Origin: Deltaproteobacteria bacterium RIFCSPHIGHO2_02_FULL_44_16
GTDB taxonomy: Bacteria > UBA10199 > 2-02-FULL-44-16
Length of the DNA: 64,000 nucleotides
NCBI GenBank assembly: GCA_001798185.1
Contig: MGRM01000009.1
Span: 85,745 to 149,744, forward strand
Direction of reading: 5' to 3'
How positions within the stretch are numbered: the first letter of the stretch is position 1; every line of letters starts with the position of its first letter. The notes under the pieces are model-generated. The model was not told where the DNA came from and made no database searches. It saw nothing but the letters and a program-made list of their open reading frames with translations. Position numbers and translations under genes: made by a program. This document shows, in pieces, positions 8,547 to 18,721 of the stretch.

Positions 8547-9424
8547 GCACAAAAATTCTTCAGGATCGACTTGATACCTACAATGCTCAAACTTCGTGGG
8601 AAGAAGAGATCGCGCTGAAAGAAATTCTTCAAGAGATTATTCTTGCAGCTCTTGGGAGAACCGATTTTTTTAAATATGCTGCGTTCCAGGGAGGAACAGC
8701 TCTTCGCATTCTTTATAGTCTTGAACGCTTTTCCGAAGATCTTGATTTTATTTTGCAGCAGGAAGAGAAAAGTTTTGCAATCACATCTTATCTTCAAGCA
8801 ATCCAACTTGAATGCACCTCGTATGGTATGTCACTTGAATTTCAGGATCGATCAAAAGCAGATCAAGCTGTTAAAAAAGCTTTTCTCAAAGACAATTCTC
8901 TCGGTAAAATTTTGCACATCAAACATCCCAGCATCTCTTCGCCTTCAACCCCTAAAAAACTACGCATTAAACTAGAGATCGATACGAATCCACCTGCAGG
9001 GAGTCATACAGAAATCAAATATCTGAACTTTCCCTTTGCTTCAGCTGTAACGATGCAGAATCTTCCAAGTCTTTTTGCAGGAAAAAGTCACGCGCTGCTC
9101 TGTCGCGAATATGTGAAGGGAAGAGATTGGTACGATTTTCTCTGGTACGTCGTCCGAAAAACATCTCTCAATTTTGAATTCCTGACACAGGCTTGTCGAC
9201 AACAGGGACCATGGAAACATCAAACGATGGTGATCACCCAAGAATGGTATTTGCATGAAATGAAAAAAAAGATTGAGTCCATCAATTGGCAAGAAGCGCA
9301 ACAAGATGTGATGCCATTTCTCCGTGCACATCATCTGAAGTCTCTTGAACTCTGGAGCACTGATTTTTTTCTGGATGCACTTCAAAAACTTGAACAGATC
9401 TTATCTGAAAAATCCGTAAGCTAA
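8543..9424 (+). CDS. abiEii: AbiEii/AbiGii-family nucleotidyltransferase toxin (DUF1814)
   Basis: Signature 'AAFQGGTALRILYSLERFSEDLDFI' (GGTAL…RFSEDLDF) of AbiEii nucleotidyltransferases. Confidence 0.75.
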   Translation: MSTKILQDRLDTYNAQTSWEEEIALKEILQEIILAALGRTDFFKYAAFQGGTALRILYSLERFSEDLDFILQQEEKSFAITSYLQAIQLECTSYGMSLEFQDRSKADQAVKKAFLKDNSLGKILHIKHPSISSPSTPKKLRIKLEIDTNPPAGSHTEIKYLNFPFASAVTMQNLPSLFAGKSHALLCREYVKGRDWYDFLWYVVRKTSLNFEFLTQACRQQGPWKHQTMVITQEWYLHEMKKKIESINWQEAQQDVMPFLRAHHLKSLELWSTDFFLDALQKLEQILSEKSVS

Positions 9425-10032
9425 AACCGCCCTGACACGGAAACACCAGGCGCTGCTTCTCGTGTGGACATTTGGGTCGGAAGAATGGTGATTTTTGCTT
9501 TGGCAGGAGTTGCTGCGCCAACACCAAGACCAATAGCGCCACCAATCAGAGCACCGAGAGGAAAGGAAAGAAGATAAAAAGCTGCTCTCATAGCTTCACA
9601 ATCATCAGTTTCTATTGCATTTCTACAATCCGAAACTGAATTACCGATAATCGCAGTAGTGCCAAGCACGCCTGCACCAATAAGTGCACCATACCCCAAT
9701 CCTGCGAGAGCACGATTGCCAACGCGTTCAGTTCCAACACCATCGATTCGATAAATATGCTCTGGCTTGAAGAGATACGTTTTCCCTTCTTCACTCACCG
9801 TCACACGCACATTCTCTTCGCTCCATGAAAGATGTGTTCCCGGCTCTCGGATTTTTCCATACTCGCGCACACGAACAGTGTACGTGGAGGTCAGTTCAAA
9901 AGGGGTCTCTCCCCACTTTCCATATCGATGTTTCGGAATGTCGGATTTTTTCGCGCAAGCAAATGCGTGGAAGAAAATGAACAAGAGCAAAAGAGATGCT
10001 CTTTTCCTGTTCGATCTTTTTGTCTGAGCCAT
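9421..10032 (-). CDS. Hypothetical lipoprotein-like / glycine-zipper protein (start chosen at MAQTKR; ORF track extends to 10083)
   Basis: Basic N-terminus, then a hydrophobic stretch and Cys (…FFHAFACAKK…). Gly-rich C-terminal hydrophobic segments. Confidence 0.3.
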   Translation of the reverse strand: MAQTKRSNRKRASLLLLFIFFHAFACAKKSDIPKHRYGKWGETPFELTSTYTVRVREYGKIREPGTHLSWSEENVRVTVSEEGKTYLFKPEHIYRIDGVGTERVGNRALAGLGYGALIGAGVLGTTAIIGNSVSDCRNAIETDDCEAMRAAFYLLSFPLGALIGGAIGLGVGAATPAKAKITILPTQMSTREAAPGVSVSGRF

Positions 10033-10090
10033 AGCATCAATGATAAACCTCAGACCAATAAGTGTCTGACACTTATTGGTCAAAATTGGA

Positions 10091-10993
10091 TTATCGTCTC
10101 GTCATTACTCTCGCCAAGGACTCTAGCTGACATAACTGATCATTGTCATCAATTTCAAAACCTCCTGCAATTCCAACGTACGGCGAAAAAAGCCGAATTT
10201 TTTTGTGATCCTCTCCAGAAGAAGTAAGAAAAGCACACCCTTGAAGCATCTGATTTGCAGACCAATGTGCCTTACGAAGAGCATCAATATGTTTCTGAAG
10301 TACAGAAGGAATATCATCGAGATTAAAATAAAAAGCAGACATGAACCCGCAAGCATCTCCAAATGCGGGAGAAAAGCGTGTTGCGGGCATTTCCCTCATG
10401 AGCGAAGAACGAAAACTATAACTCTGAGGATCGCTGAGATCATGAATCATAAAATAAAAAAGTGTGTGATAAGAATTGATATTTACAAAGTTCGCATTCG
10501 GGTTTTCATGAGCCACAAAATATGTTTCATCTTGAAAAAAAGGAGCTACCGATGCATCCCAAATGTCTCCCGATAGTGCACAAGAATTTCCTGACTGTTG
10601 AAGAGCTTCACCCCAACGCGTGAGAATATCGTGCAGAACAACAAAACGATTATAGTCGCCAAAAAATCGCTGAAAAGCAGTCTGCTGCAAAGACGAAAGA
10701 TGTTCTACGTCAGCAAAGGCTCCCACAACTATTTTGCTTAATTCAAAACGGGCATAGAGAATTTCTTCCTCTGTAGGATTTATTTTGTTCTTCAAAAAAT
10801 CATCGACAGAGAGAATGCCATCATCCGTTCCAAAAGAATCATAATCTCCGAGTCTTTTCTGAACACGAAGATCTTCAACCTGAATACTCAAAGCGCGATC
10901 GCGAACTTCTTTCACAAGCATAGTTTCACCTTTCAAGAGGGTTATCGCAGATTTTAAAAAAAGTTGCGTCCATTCCCAATAACTAACTCTCAA
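10091..10993 (-). CDS. Hypothetical protein (alternative start with an AGGTGA RBS at 10921)
   Basis: 300 aa ORF with no recognisable motifs. Confidence 0.35.
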   Translation of the reverse strand: MRVSYWEWTQLFLKSAITLLKGETMLVKEVRDRALSIQVEDLRVQKRLGDYDSFGTDDGILSVDDFLKNKINPTEEEILYARFELSKIVVGAFADVEHLSSLQQTAFQRFFGDYNRFVVLHDILTRWGEALQQSGNSCALSGDIWDASVAPFFQDETYFVAHENPNANFVNINSYHTLFYFMIHDLSDPQSYSFRSSLMREMPATRFSPAFGDACGFMSAFYFNLDDIPSVLQKHIDALRKAHWSANQMLQGCAFLTSSGEDHKKIRLFSPYVGIAGGFEIDDNDQLCQLESLARVMTRR

Positions 10994-11060
10994 TTATTGG
11001 TAAATGATCTTTAAAGAAGCGGCTTGTCATAGCGGCGAAAACCCGTTAGGAGCGGTGTTC

Positions 11061-14000
11061 ATGTCAGATAACCGACAACAACGCGTGAAAGCCTTGAAAC
11101 AGGCGCTTCAGGAACGAATTCTCGTCCTTGATGGGGCCATGGGGACAGCACTGCAAGGTTTTAATCTGACAGCCGATGATTTCGGAGGAGAAAAATATGA
11201 AGGATGTAATGAGCATCTGATTCTGACGCGGCCCGATGTCGTTAAAAAAATTCACAACAGCTATTTAGAAGCGGGGGCTGATATTATTGAAACGAACACA
11301 TTTGGCGGCACTCCTCTGGTGCTCGCTGAATACGATTTGCAAGAGAAAGCATATGAGATCAACAAACGTGGTGCTGAAATAGCTCGCGGCTGCGCTGATT
11401 CCTTTTCAACTGCTGCGCAGCCACGGTGGATTGCTGGTTCCATTGGTCCCACCACAAAAGCCATTACGGTCACTGGCGGTGTTACGTTTCAACAACTCAT
11501 TGATCATTTTTATGCGCAAGCAAAAGGTCTCTATGATGGTGGTGTCGATTATTTTCTGATCGAAACCTGTCAAGATACGCGCAACATTAAAGCAGCTATT
11601 CTTGGCATTCAAAAATTATTTCAGGAAGGGCGACAGCCCCTGCCGATTGCAGTTTCCGGAACGATTGAAAACACCGGAACTATGCTGGCTGGACAATCTG
11701 CTGAAGCACTTGTCGTTTCACTTTCACATCTCGATCTTCTCTATATCGGTATTAACTGCGCTACTGGTCCTGACTTCATGACCGATCACATCCGTTCGAT
11801 GTCAGGGCTAGCGCCCTTTTCTGTTGCTTGTGTGCCAAATGCCGGCTTGCCCGATGTCGATGGAAATTATCTTGAGACACCACAAATGATGGCAACGATT
11901 CTCGCACGCTTTTGCGAGGCGGGATGGATCAATCTCCTCGGCGGTTGCTGTGGCACCACTCCAGCGCATATTCGAACATTTGTGGACGTGGCAAAGAAAT
12001 ATCGACCGCGTGTTCCAAAAAAACAAGGGACCAGCCTTTTGGCGGGGATTGAACTTCTCGAAGTCACCGATGAAAAACGACCGATGCTTGTGGGAGAGCG
12101 AACCAATGTCATCGGCAGTCGAAAATTTAAAAAACTGATTTGCGAAGAAAAGTTCGACGAAGCGAGTGAAATTGCGCGAGCGCAAGTGAAAGCTGGAGCT
12201 CATGTCATTGATGTTTGTCTCGCAAATCCTGACCGAGATGAACTGTCAGACATGAAACAGTTCCTCGAAAAAGTGATTCATAAAATCAAAGTTCCACTCA
12301 TGATTGATTCCACGGATGAAAAAGTTGTGGAACTGGCACTCACCTATTCTCAAGGCAAAGCCATTATTAACTCTATTAATCTTGAAGATGGCGAAGAGCG
12401 CTTTGAAAAAATTATTCCACTGGTGAAAAAATATGGCGCTGCTGTTGTCGTGGGATGTATTGATGATGACCCACAACAAGGGATGGGAGTCACACGAGAG
12501 CGCAAACTTGAAATTGCAACACGATCGCATGAACTCCTTACCAAAAAACATGGTCTTCCTTCTGAAGATATTTACTGGGATCCACTTGTCTTCCCATGCG
12601 CGACTGGCGATGCACAGTACATCGGTTCTGCAGCAGAAACCATTGAAGGTGTCGGACTCATCAAACAAAAACTTCCACAAACAAAAACGGTTCTGGGTAT
12701 CTCCAATGTCTCGTTTGGTTTGCCGCCAGCTGGACGCGAAGTTCTCAATTCTGTTTTTCTTCATCATTGCGTCAAAAAGGGTCTCGACCTCGCAATTGTG
12801 AATGCAGAGCAGCTCGTGCGCTTTGCTTCTATTTCAGAAGAAGAGTTACAACTTGCGGATGACCTTCTTTACAATCGTGGTGAAGATCCAATCGCAGCTT
12901 TTGCTGCGTTCTATCGTGGAAAGAAAAAAGAAAAGCAGGTCTCTTCTCGCGAGCACATGTCGCTCGATGAACGACTCGCCGCATATATTGTTGAAGGAAC
13001 AAAAGATGGTCTCTTTCCAGATTTAGATGCAACATTAAAAGAGGAGCGCAGTCCTTTGGAAGTAATCAATGGCCCTCTCATGAAAGGGATGGATGAAGTC
13101 GGTCGTCTTTTTAATAACAATGAATTGATTGTCGCTGAAGTGTTGCAAAGCGCTGAGTCGATGAAAGCGGCGGTTGAATATTTAAAACCACACATGCCAA
13201 AAAATGAGAACACGTCTTCCCGCGGAAAAGTTATCCTCGCAACGGTGAAAGGTGATGTGCACGATATCGGAAAAAATCTCGTCGAAATTATTCTTTCGAA
13301 TAACGGATTTGAAGTGGTCAACCTTGGCATCAAAGTGCCATCAGAACAGCTGATCAAAGCGATCTCAGAGCACCGCCCTGATATCGTCGGTCTCTCAGGG
13401 CTTCTCGTGAAATCAGCGCAGCAGATGCAACTGACTGCTGATGATTTGAATCGTGCAGGCATTGATCTTCCGATTATGGTGGGAGGCGCTGCGCTTTCAG
13501 AAAATTTTACCAATAAACGCATCGCTCCTGCATACGGCGAAGGAACAGTGGTCTATGCAAAAGATGCGATGGAAGGTTTAAATCTCGCGCGTCGTATTCG
13601 AAATCCGAAAGAATTTATTTTGTTGAAAGAAAAATTAAAAACAAAGCAAACAGCATCGGTTGAAAATGAAAAAATTGAGGCGCTGAAACAAGAATCTGCG
13701 CAGCAGAGATCTTCTCTCATAGAAACAGCGTCGCTTCCAGTTCCACCTGATTTTGAACCGCATATTCTTACCAACACCCCGCTCGATCACATCTGGCCCT
13801 ACATTAACAATCTCATGCTCTATACACGTCATCTTGGTGTGAAGGGAAAATATGTAAAACTCCTGGATGCAAAAAAATTTGATGAACTCAAAAAGGACCC
13901 AGAAGAAGGACGTAAGGCCTTTGAAATATTTGAAACGCTTGAAGAGCTGAAAAAAGAATGCCGCGCTGGCCTCATGCACGTGAAAGCGACCTTTCAATTC

Positions 14001-14666
14001 TTTCGTGCAACAAGTCATGGCAATACAATAGACCTTTTTCAAAACGTTGTTTCGAAACGGGTCCTGCCGTCTGCGGTGTTCCGGCCCTCCCGCTTATCGC
14101 GGGAGACCCTCCCGGAAGCACCTCCGACGTCACCCGATTCATGGAATTTTGAAAAAGATCTATTGTCACCAGATGCAACCTTTACATTTCCACGACAACA
14201 AAAAGAAGAGGGTCTATGTCTCGCTGATTATGTGCTTCCAAAAGAACGAGATGCTATTGACACCGTCGCTCTTTTTGTTGTTACGGCCGGAAAAGGCATT
14301 CGCCATCTCGCAGAGAAATGGAAGCAAGAAGGACTTTATCTCAAATCGCATCTCATCCAAGCACTCGCGATTGAAACAGCTGAAGCCTATGCAGAAATGT
14401 TACATGCGAAACTTCGCTCTATGTGGGGTTTCCCTGATCCAATTGACATGACCATGATGCAGCGCTTTCAAGCAAAATATCGTGGCAAGCGATATTCTTT
14501 TGGATATCCGGCATGTCCGAATCTGGAAGATCAGAAAACACTTTTCGATCTTTTATCTCCAAAAAACATTGGCGTCGAACTCACCGAAGGATTCATGATG
14601 GATCCTGAGGCGAGCGTCTCCGCCATTGTTTTTCATCATCCACAGTGTACGTATTTTGGTGTTTAA
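11061..14666 (+). CDS. metH: Cobalamin-dependent methionine synthase
   Basis: Hcy-binding, pterin-binding and B12-binding ('TVKGDVHDIGKNLV', DxHxxG) domains plus an AdoMet activation domain; ~1200 aa. Confidence 0.9.
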   Translation: MSDNRQQRVKALKQALQERILVLDGAMGTALQGFNLTADDFGGEKYEGCNEHLILTRPDVVKKIHNSYLEAGADIIETNTFGGTPLVLAEYDLQEKAYEINKRGAEIARGCADSFSTAAQPRWIAGSIGPTTKAITVTGGVTFQQLIDHFYAQAKGLYDGGVDYFLIETCQDTRNIKAAILGIQKLFQEGRQPLPIAVSGTIENTGTMLAGQSAEALVVSLSHLDLLYIGINCATGPDFMTDHIRSMSGLAPFSVACVPNAGLPDVDGNYLETPQMMATILARFCEAGWINLLGGCCGTTPAHIRTFVDVAKKYRPRVPKKQGTSLLAGIELLEVTDEKRPMLVGERTNVIGSRKFKKLICEEKFDEASEIARAQVKAGAHVIDVCLANPDRDELSDMKQFLEKVIHKIKVPLMIDSTDEKVVELALTYSQGKAIINSINLEDGEERFEKIIPLVKKYGAAVVVGCIDDDPQQGMGVTRERKLEIATRSHELLTKKHGLPSEDIYWDPLVFPCATGDAQYIGSAAETIEGVGLIKQKLPQTKTVLGISNVSFGLPPAGREVLNSVFLHHCVKKGLDLAIVNAEQLVRFASISEEELQLADDLLYNRGEDPIAAFAAFYRGKKKEKQVSSREHMSLDERLAAYIVEGTKDGLFPDLDATLKEERSPLEVINGPLMKGMDEVGRLFNNNELIVAEVLQSAESMKAAVEYLKPHMPKNENTSSRGKVILATVKGDVHDIGKNLVEIILSNNGFEVVNLGIKVPSEQLIKAISEHRPDIVGLSGLLVKSAQQMQLTADDLNRAGIDLPIMVGGAALSENFTNKRIAPAYGEGTVVYAKDAMEGLNLARRIRNPKEFILLKEKLKTKQTASVENEKIEALKQESAQQRSSLIETASLPVPPDFEPHILTNTPLDHIWPYINNLMLYTRHLGVKGKYVKLLDAKKFDELKKDPEEGRKAFEIFETLEELKKECRAGLMHVKATFQFFRATSHGNTIDLFQNVVSKRVLPSAVFRPSRLSRETLPEAPPTSPDSWNFEKDLLSPDATFTFPRQQKEEGLCLADYVLPKERDAIDTVALFVVTAGKGIRHLAEKWKQEGLYLKSHLIQALAIETAEAYAEMLHAKLRSMWGFPDPIDMTMMQRFQAKYRGKRYSFGYPACPNLEDQKTLFDLLSPKNIGVELTEGFMMDPEASVSAIVFHHPQCTYFGV
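14059..14136. repeat. GC-rich palindromic segment embedded in frame in metH (linker before the activation domain)
   Basis: gggtcctgccgtctgcggtgttccggccctcccgcttatcgcgggagaccctcccgg… contains the hairpin ctcccgc-ttatc-gcgggag. The local GC content clearly exceeds that of the surrounding coding sequence. Confidence 0.35.
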
Positions 14667-14729
14667 ATGTCGCGTGCTTCCACTTGAAAGGTAGACACAA
14701 CAATTTTGAAGAAAGGTCGATAAAGAGTC

Positions 14730-17078
14730 GTGACATTTATCAATTCTAAATCATTCTGTAAAATCGATATTCCTGAGGTTCCAAGAATCGAAGAACTCAC
14801 CGTGGGAAATCCCGAGGTTCTGGATGAAGTTCTTCCTCAAATTGAAGCGCAACAACAGTTCATAGCAACAAAACCACAACATCATCTCATTGCAAAAAGA
14901 ACTGCATTAGAAAATGAGGCAAAGACATTGAGGGATAAAGGTCCTCCTGAAGAAAAAGAACATGCGCGTCTTCTCGATATTGAAACACAACTCAAAGCCA
15001 TTCCGCGAAGTGATGCTCCGATTACGATCAAGAGCAAATGGGATGCTGTCAAAATGCCGATCGTCAGTCGTCTCTTCGGCGGATTTGATTTCAATAACGA
15101 CAATCATGAAGATTTTGTTTTGATTCGCTCCTTTACCATTTACGTTGCAAAAGGAGAAACACCTCAAACCATTTCCTTCGTTTCGAAAATTATGGGAACT
15201 GAAGCTTCAGACGTTTCAGGAAAACCTGATGCGCAGATGCTCGCATCTGCAGAATTTATGTGGTCAGAGAAACATGCTGTCAGCGAACGCATGGATGCGT
15301 TCCAAAAAGTCATTTTTCATGATGGAAAAGAATCCATCAAACTCTTTTTCTATAATGCCGACAAAATGGAACGACGTGAAGTCATTGTCCCTTCTTCCAT
15401 TGCACGTTCTTCCCTCGAAGAAGCCTATCAAGCTGATCTTCGACTTTATAAACATATAAGTGAAGTGCAGGCCTATATTGGAAACTCTTCAGGATATTTT
15501 TCAATGTTACGCGGCGTTTCCATGTCACCAGAAGAGAAAAAAACCGCTCAGGCAGCGCGCGATAAAATGCACCCAACCCTTTATAGCCGTTCACATGCTG
15601 CTCTTCGTGCATTAAAACTCCGTTATGCAGAAGTGATGGGAGATCCACAAAAGAAATCATTTTATGAACTCCGAAAACCGGACCTTCTTCCTTTTATGTG
15701 CGCGATTATTAGAGATGCGGCTCAGTATACAACCTACACCGAAGAAGAAGAGGCGTTCTTTTCTGAACTTATTCCACAAAAGGCATACGGCATCTCTGAT
15801 ACGGCAGCAAAAACATTTGAGTGGAAAGGAGCAAAGATGGACCGATGGAAATTCTTTGCAGACCTTCGCATGATTTCTGATCCAATAGAACGGCGTGAAC
15901 TCTTTCAAGCCTACACCCATCATCATCTTGTGGCGATGCAACAAAAAGATGGTCTTTTGCATGAAGAAAACGGCGAACTCGTTGTCATTCGCGAACTCAA
16001 TGCACTTGCACGAAACCACGGGTTTCGCAGCCATGCTGATTTCATCACCAAAGTAAACTACGCCACAAGTGTCGAAGATGTTGATCGAGCTTTTCAAGAA
16101 CATGCCGACAAAAAACAAAATGATGTCAATGCCTATGTGGCTGAACTCGAAGCCCTCAACGGGGGACCAGTTGCAGAATGGGATGTTCCCTATCTCACCC
16201 AACAACTCATCTCGTCACGTTTTGGTGGAAAAGAAATTCCTAAGTTGAGTATTGAAGAAGCAGGATCGGTTGCAAAAGACTATTTGCGTGATCTCGGTTT
16301 TGATTTGGATCAACCTCCTTTTCAGGGGAAAATCATTATGGATTTGTATGCCCGAGAGGGGAAAGATGCACAAACGCATGCACGGGGAGTACACGATGGG
16401 AGTTCTACTGTACTCCATGGAAATTTTAAACCAGGACAACAGATTTCGCTTGAAGAATTTAATGTTCTCCTTCATGAACTTTTTCACAATATTCATTTTA
16501 TTCTTGGTGCAGAAAAAGCTGGTGGGAAGAGCATCAATGGTTTTTATGGACAACCACGAGTATGGGGAGAAGGGAGTGCTCAAGCCATTGCAAATGTCAT
16601 CTATGAAAAATCATGGATGGATCGTTACTTGAAACTGCTTCCTCAGTTTGCAGATGACAAATTCCGTGCAGCCATCAGCAATGCGAAAAAAATTGCGATT
16701 GCGTATGAAGAAATGCAGTTCTTCTGTTACGCAAAATGGGAAATTAATCTCTACGAAAGAACTGACCTTCCTGTCAAAGATCGTCTGGCGCTTTGGAGAG
16801 AGATGTCCAAAAAATATCTTGGTGTTGAAACAATGGATATGATGGAGGGGGGATATCCCTATACACGAAGTCAATTCTCATCCTTCCCCATATACTATGT
16901 CAATTATGCTCTCAGTTCTCCTCTTGCAACTCCAGCTGTAGAAGCAATTGTGAATGGACTGAACGAAAATGATCTCCCAGCAGTTCAGCGTGCAGGAGTG
17001 AAAATGAGGAATATCCTACGCGCTGGAAGCCGACTCCCCACAACTGCAGATGTGAGTCGCGCTCTCAAAGCAAATTAA
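14730..17078 (+). CDS. Large hypothetical protein with an HExxH zinc-metallopeptidase-like motif (possibly M3/gluzincin-like); GTG start per ORF track
   Basis: 'LLHELFHNIHFILG' (HExxH) with downstream Glu residues. No other assignable domains. Confidence 0.4.
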   Translation: MTFINSKSFCKIDIPEVPRIEELTVGNPEVLDEVLPQIEAQQQFIATKPQHHLIAKRTALENEAKTLRDKGPPEEKEHARLLDIETQLKAIPRSDAPITIKSKWDAVKMPIVSRLFGGFDFNNDNHEDFVLIRSFTIYVAKGETPQTISFVSKIMGTEASDVSGKPDAQMLASAEFMWSEKHAVSERMDAFQKVIFHDGKESIKLFFYNADKMERREVIVPSSIARSSLEEAYQADLRLYKHISEVQAYIGNSSGYFSMLRGVSMSPEEKKTAQAARDKMHPTLYSRSHAALRALKLRYAEVMGDPQKKSFYELRKPDLLPFMCAIIRDAAQYTTYTEEEEAFFSELIPQKAYGISDTAAKTFEWKGAKMDRWKFFADLRMISDPIERRELFQAYTHHHLVAMQQKDGLLHEENGELVVIRELNALARNHGFRSHADFITKVNYATSVEDVDRAFQEHADKKQNDVNAYVAELEALNGGPVAEWDVPYLTQQLISSRFGGKEIPKLSIEEAGSVAKDYLRDLGFDLDQPPFQGKIIMDLYAREGKDAQTHARGVHDGSSTVLHGNFKPGQQISLEEFNVLLHELFHNIHFILGAEKAGGKSINGFYGQPRVWGEGSAQAIANVIYEKSWMDRYLKLLPQFADDKFRAAISNAKKIAIAYEEMQFFCYAKWEINLYERTDLPVKDRLALWREMSKKYLGVETMDMMEGGYPYTRSQFSSFPIYYVNYALSSPLATPAVEAIVNGLNENDLPAVQRAGVKMRNILRAGSRLPTTADVSRALKAN

Positions 17079-17140
17079 AATAAAACTCCTTTTCTCACGC
17101 TCATTTCCTTGTTAAGAATAGAAATCTTTTAGAGGAAAGC

Positions 17141-17530
17141 ATGCGTCACATTTCAGGTTTTACGCTGATTGAACTGATCGTTACCTTGCTTCTTGTCGCG
17201 ATTCTTGCGGTCGCGGCTCTTCCCCGTTTTATGAATCTCAGCACCGAAGCTGAAAACTCGAATGAAGCTGCTGTCGTCAGTGCTCTCAGAACTTCACTTC
17301 AGATATGGAAAGCCAATGATATGCTCCAAAATGGAGGGAGTGGCGCTTATCCTCCAGAACTCGATAGTAATGCGAATAGCAGTCCTTGTGCTTCGTGTTT
17401 CAGTACTCTCTTAGATTATGGAGTCACCGACAACAGTTGGTGGCGTATTCATGCAACACAGTACAGTTTCAGCGATGGAACAGATACCACAATTTATACG
17501 TATGACCCTGTCGCAGGGACGTTTCAATAA
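17141..17530 (+). CDS. Type IV pilin / pseudopilin-like protein with a prepilin-type N-terminal cleavage/methylation domain
   Basis: 'GFTLIELIVTLLLVAILAVAALP' class III signal peptide motif (G-F-T-L-I-E). Confidence 0.6.
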   Translation: MRHISGFTLIELIVTLLLVAILAVAALPRFMNLSTEAENSNEAAVVSALRTSLQIWKANDMLQNGGSGAYPPELDSNANSSPCASCFSTLLDYGVTDNSWWRIHATQYSFSDGTDTTIYTYDPVAGTFQ

Positions 17531-17537
17531 TTTCTTT

Positions 17538-17945
17538 TTATTTCTCTAAAAATAAAGAAATTGTTTTGTAGAGTTTTTCGGCTGTCGCGAAAGCTTGTGC
17601 AGCATCGGTTTTATTGGGGAGACGATGAGGAAAACTTCCCGGAATCCCGTCGGGATATCGAGTTGGAGCGTAGTAAAGATTGAGCACCATCAGCGGTTCC
17701 TCAAAAACTTGGAGTATTTCTTCATTCACAGGAAGACATATTCGAAACAGTTCATTGAGATCATGTATTTTTTTAAACGAAATAGCGTGAAAATGAAGAA
17801 AGGCTTTCAATAATTTTTCAGCACATTGTTGAGCATGAAAACAGGCTTGTGAATAAATTCCTTCTTTGGAAAGAACATGCGCTGCTTGCAAATCCTCTCC
17901 TGCAAAGACTAGCCATTCAAGCGCCAGATCACGCTGCTTTGTCAT
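17538..17945 (-). CDS. HEPN domain protein (toxin partner of the HEPN/MNT module)
   Basis: HEPN-like helical protein (PF05168-type, '…AHVLSKEGIYSQACFHAQQCAEKLLKA…'). Overlaps the upstream MNT gene by 17 nt. Confidence 0.55.
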   Translation of the reverse strand: MTKQRDLALEWLVFAGEDLQAAHVLSKEGIYSQACFHAQQCAEKLLKAFLHFHAISFKKIHDLNELFRICLPVNEEILQVFEEPLMVLNLYYAPTRYPDGIPGSFPHRLPNKTDAAQAFATAEKLYKTISLFLEK

Positions 17946-18444
17946 AGAGCACTTTTCCTTTTCCCTTTATCTCTTCCGTAAAAAAAGGCCGTTCACTTTT
18001 CTCAGCATCAGCCCATTCCTTTGGCGTATAGACAAAAAAATCACACGCAAGCTTCGGACGAATGAGCTTCACCACTTCTTTTTGTCGATCCCAAAATCGT
18101 TTCTTCGTCTGCTTGATGATGACTAAATCGATGTCACTGCTTTCGTGAACTTTTCCCGCGGCAAGCGAGCCAAAAAGAATAATTTTTTCTGGCTGATATT
18201 CAGCAGCAAGTTTCGTGACCATACGCAAAAGCTCCCCCGTCAACTCACGCTCACGGATTGAAACCGTATCAAGCGCACGTTGAGTGAGCTTCTCAAACAC
18301 GTCGCAGCCAACAAGAACTAAGGTGGGTTTCCCATGTTGCGTTAAGATCACCGGTTCTTTTGCTTCCAGCACGCGCTCAATGAGCTTTCCCGGTTCCCGC
18401 TGCATTTCCGTAGCGGTGGCTAAATGTTCTGATTTGAGTTGCAT
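17929..18444 (-). CDS. Minimal nucleotidyltransferase (MNT) with an N-terminal Phd/YefM-like antitoxin domain
   Basis: 'ILFGSLAAGKVHESSDIDLVII' (GS…SDIDL) MNT motif. The N-terminal ~60 aa ('…PVILTQHGKPTLVLVGCDVFEKL') resembles Phd/YefM. Confidence 0.55.
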   Translation of the reverse strand: MQLKSEHLATATEMQREPGKLIERVLEAKEPVILTQHGKPTLVLVGCDVFEKLTQRALDTVSIRERELTGELLRMVTKLAAEYQPEKIILFGSLAAGKVHESSDIDLVIIKQTKKRFWDRQKEVVKLIRPKLACDFFVYTPKEWADAEKSERPFFTEEIKGKGKVLYDKAA

Positions 18445-18456
18445 ACGCCTCCTGTA

Positions 18457-18488
18457 TTACGTATAAGATTATGTATTTTTATACGTAA
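18457..18488. promoter_or_regulatory. Palindrome TTACGTATA…TATACGTAA in the promoter region of the MNT/HEPN operon (candidate autoregulatory operator)
   Basis: attacgtataagattatgtatttttatacgtaa lies just upstream (on the minus strand) of the MNT start. Confidence 0.3.
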
Positions 18489-18721
18489 AAATACAACTTC
18501 TTTTTTAAGGAGAGAAATATCGCGAAAACTTTTTTAAAAGGGCACCTCTGAGCAGACGGAGATTCAGATTATTTTTATCCCTCAGGGAATACAGACAGTA
18601 GGAATTTTTGCAGAAAGTCCGACAGGACTCCATTTTTTCCCTCCACCATCATTATGATACGGTCATCAATCGTGCATTCACTGAATTCTTGACACGGAAG
18701 ATCAGTTCGTCGAAAACGCGA

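Noticed and set aside
10994-11060. Possible SAM or cobalamin riboswitch upstream of metH, and a TPP riboswitch near thiD
   Set aside because: The leaders are short (<70 nt), and no conserved riboswitch core sequence or structure was recognisable.
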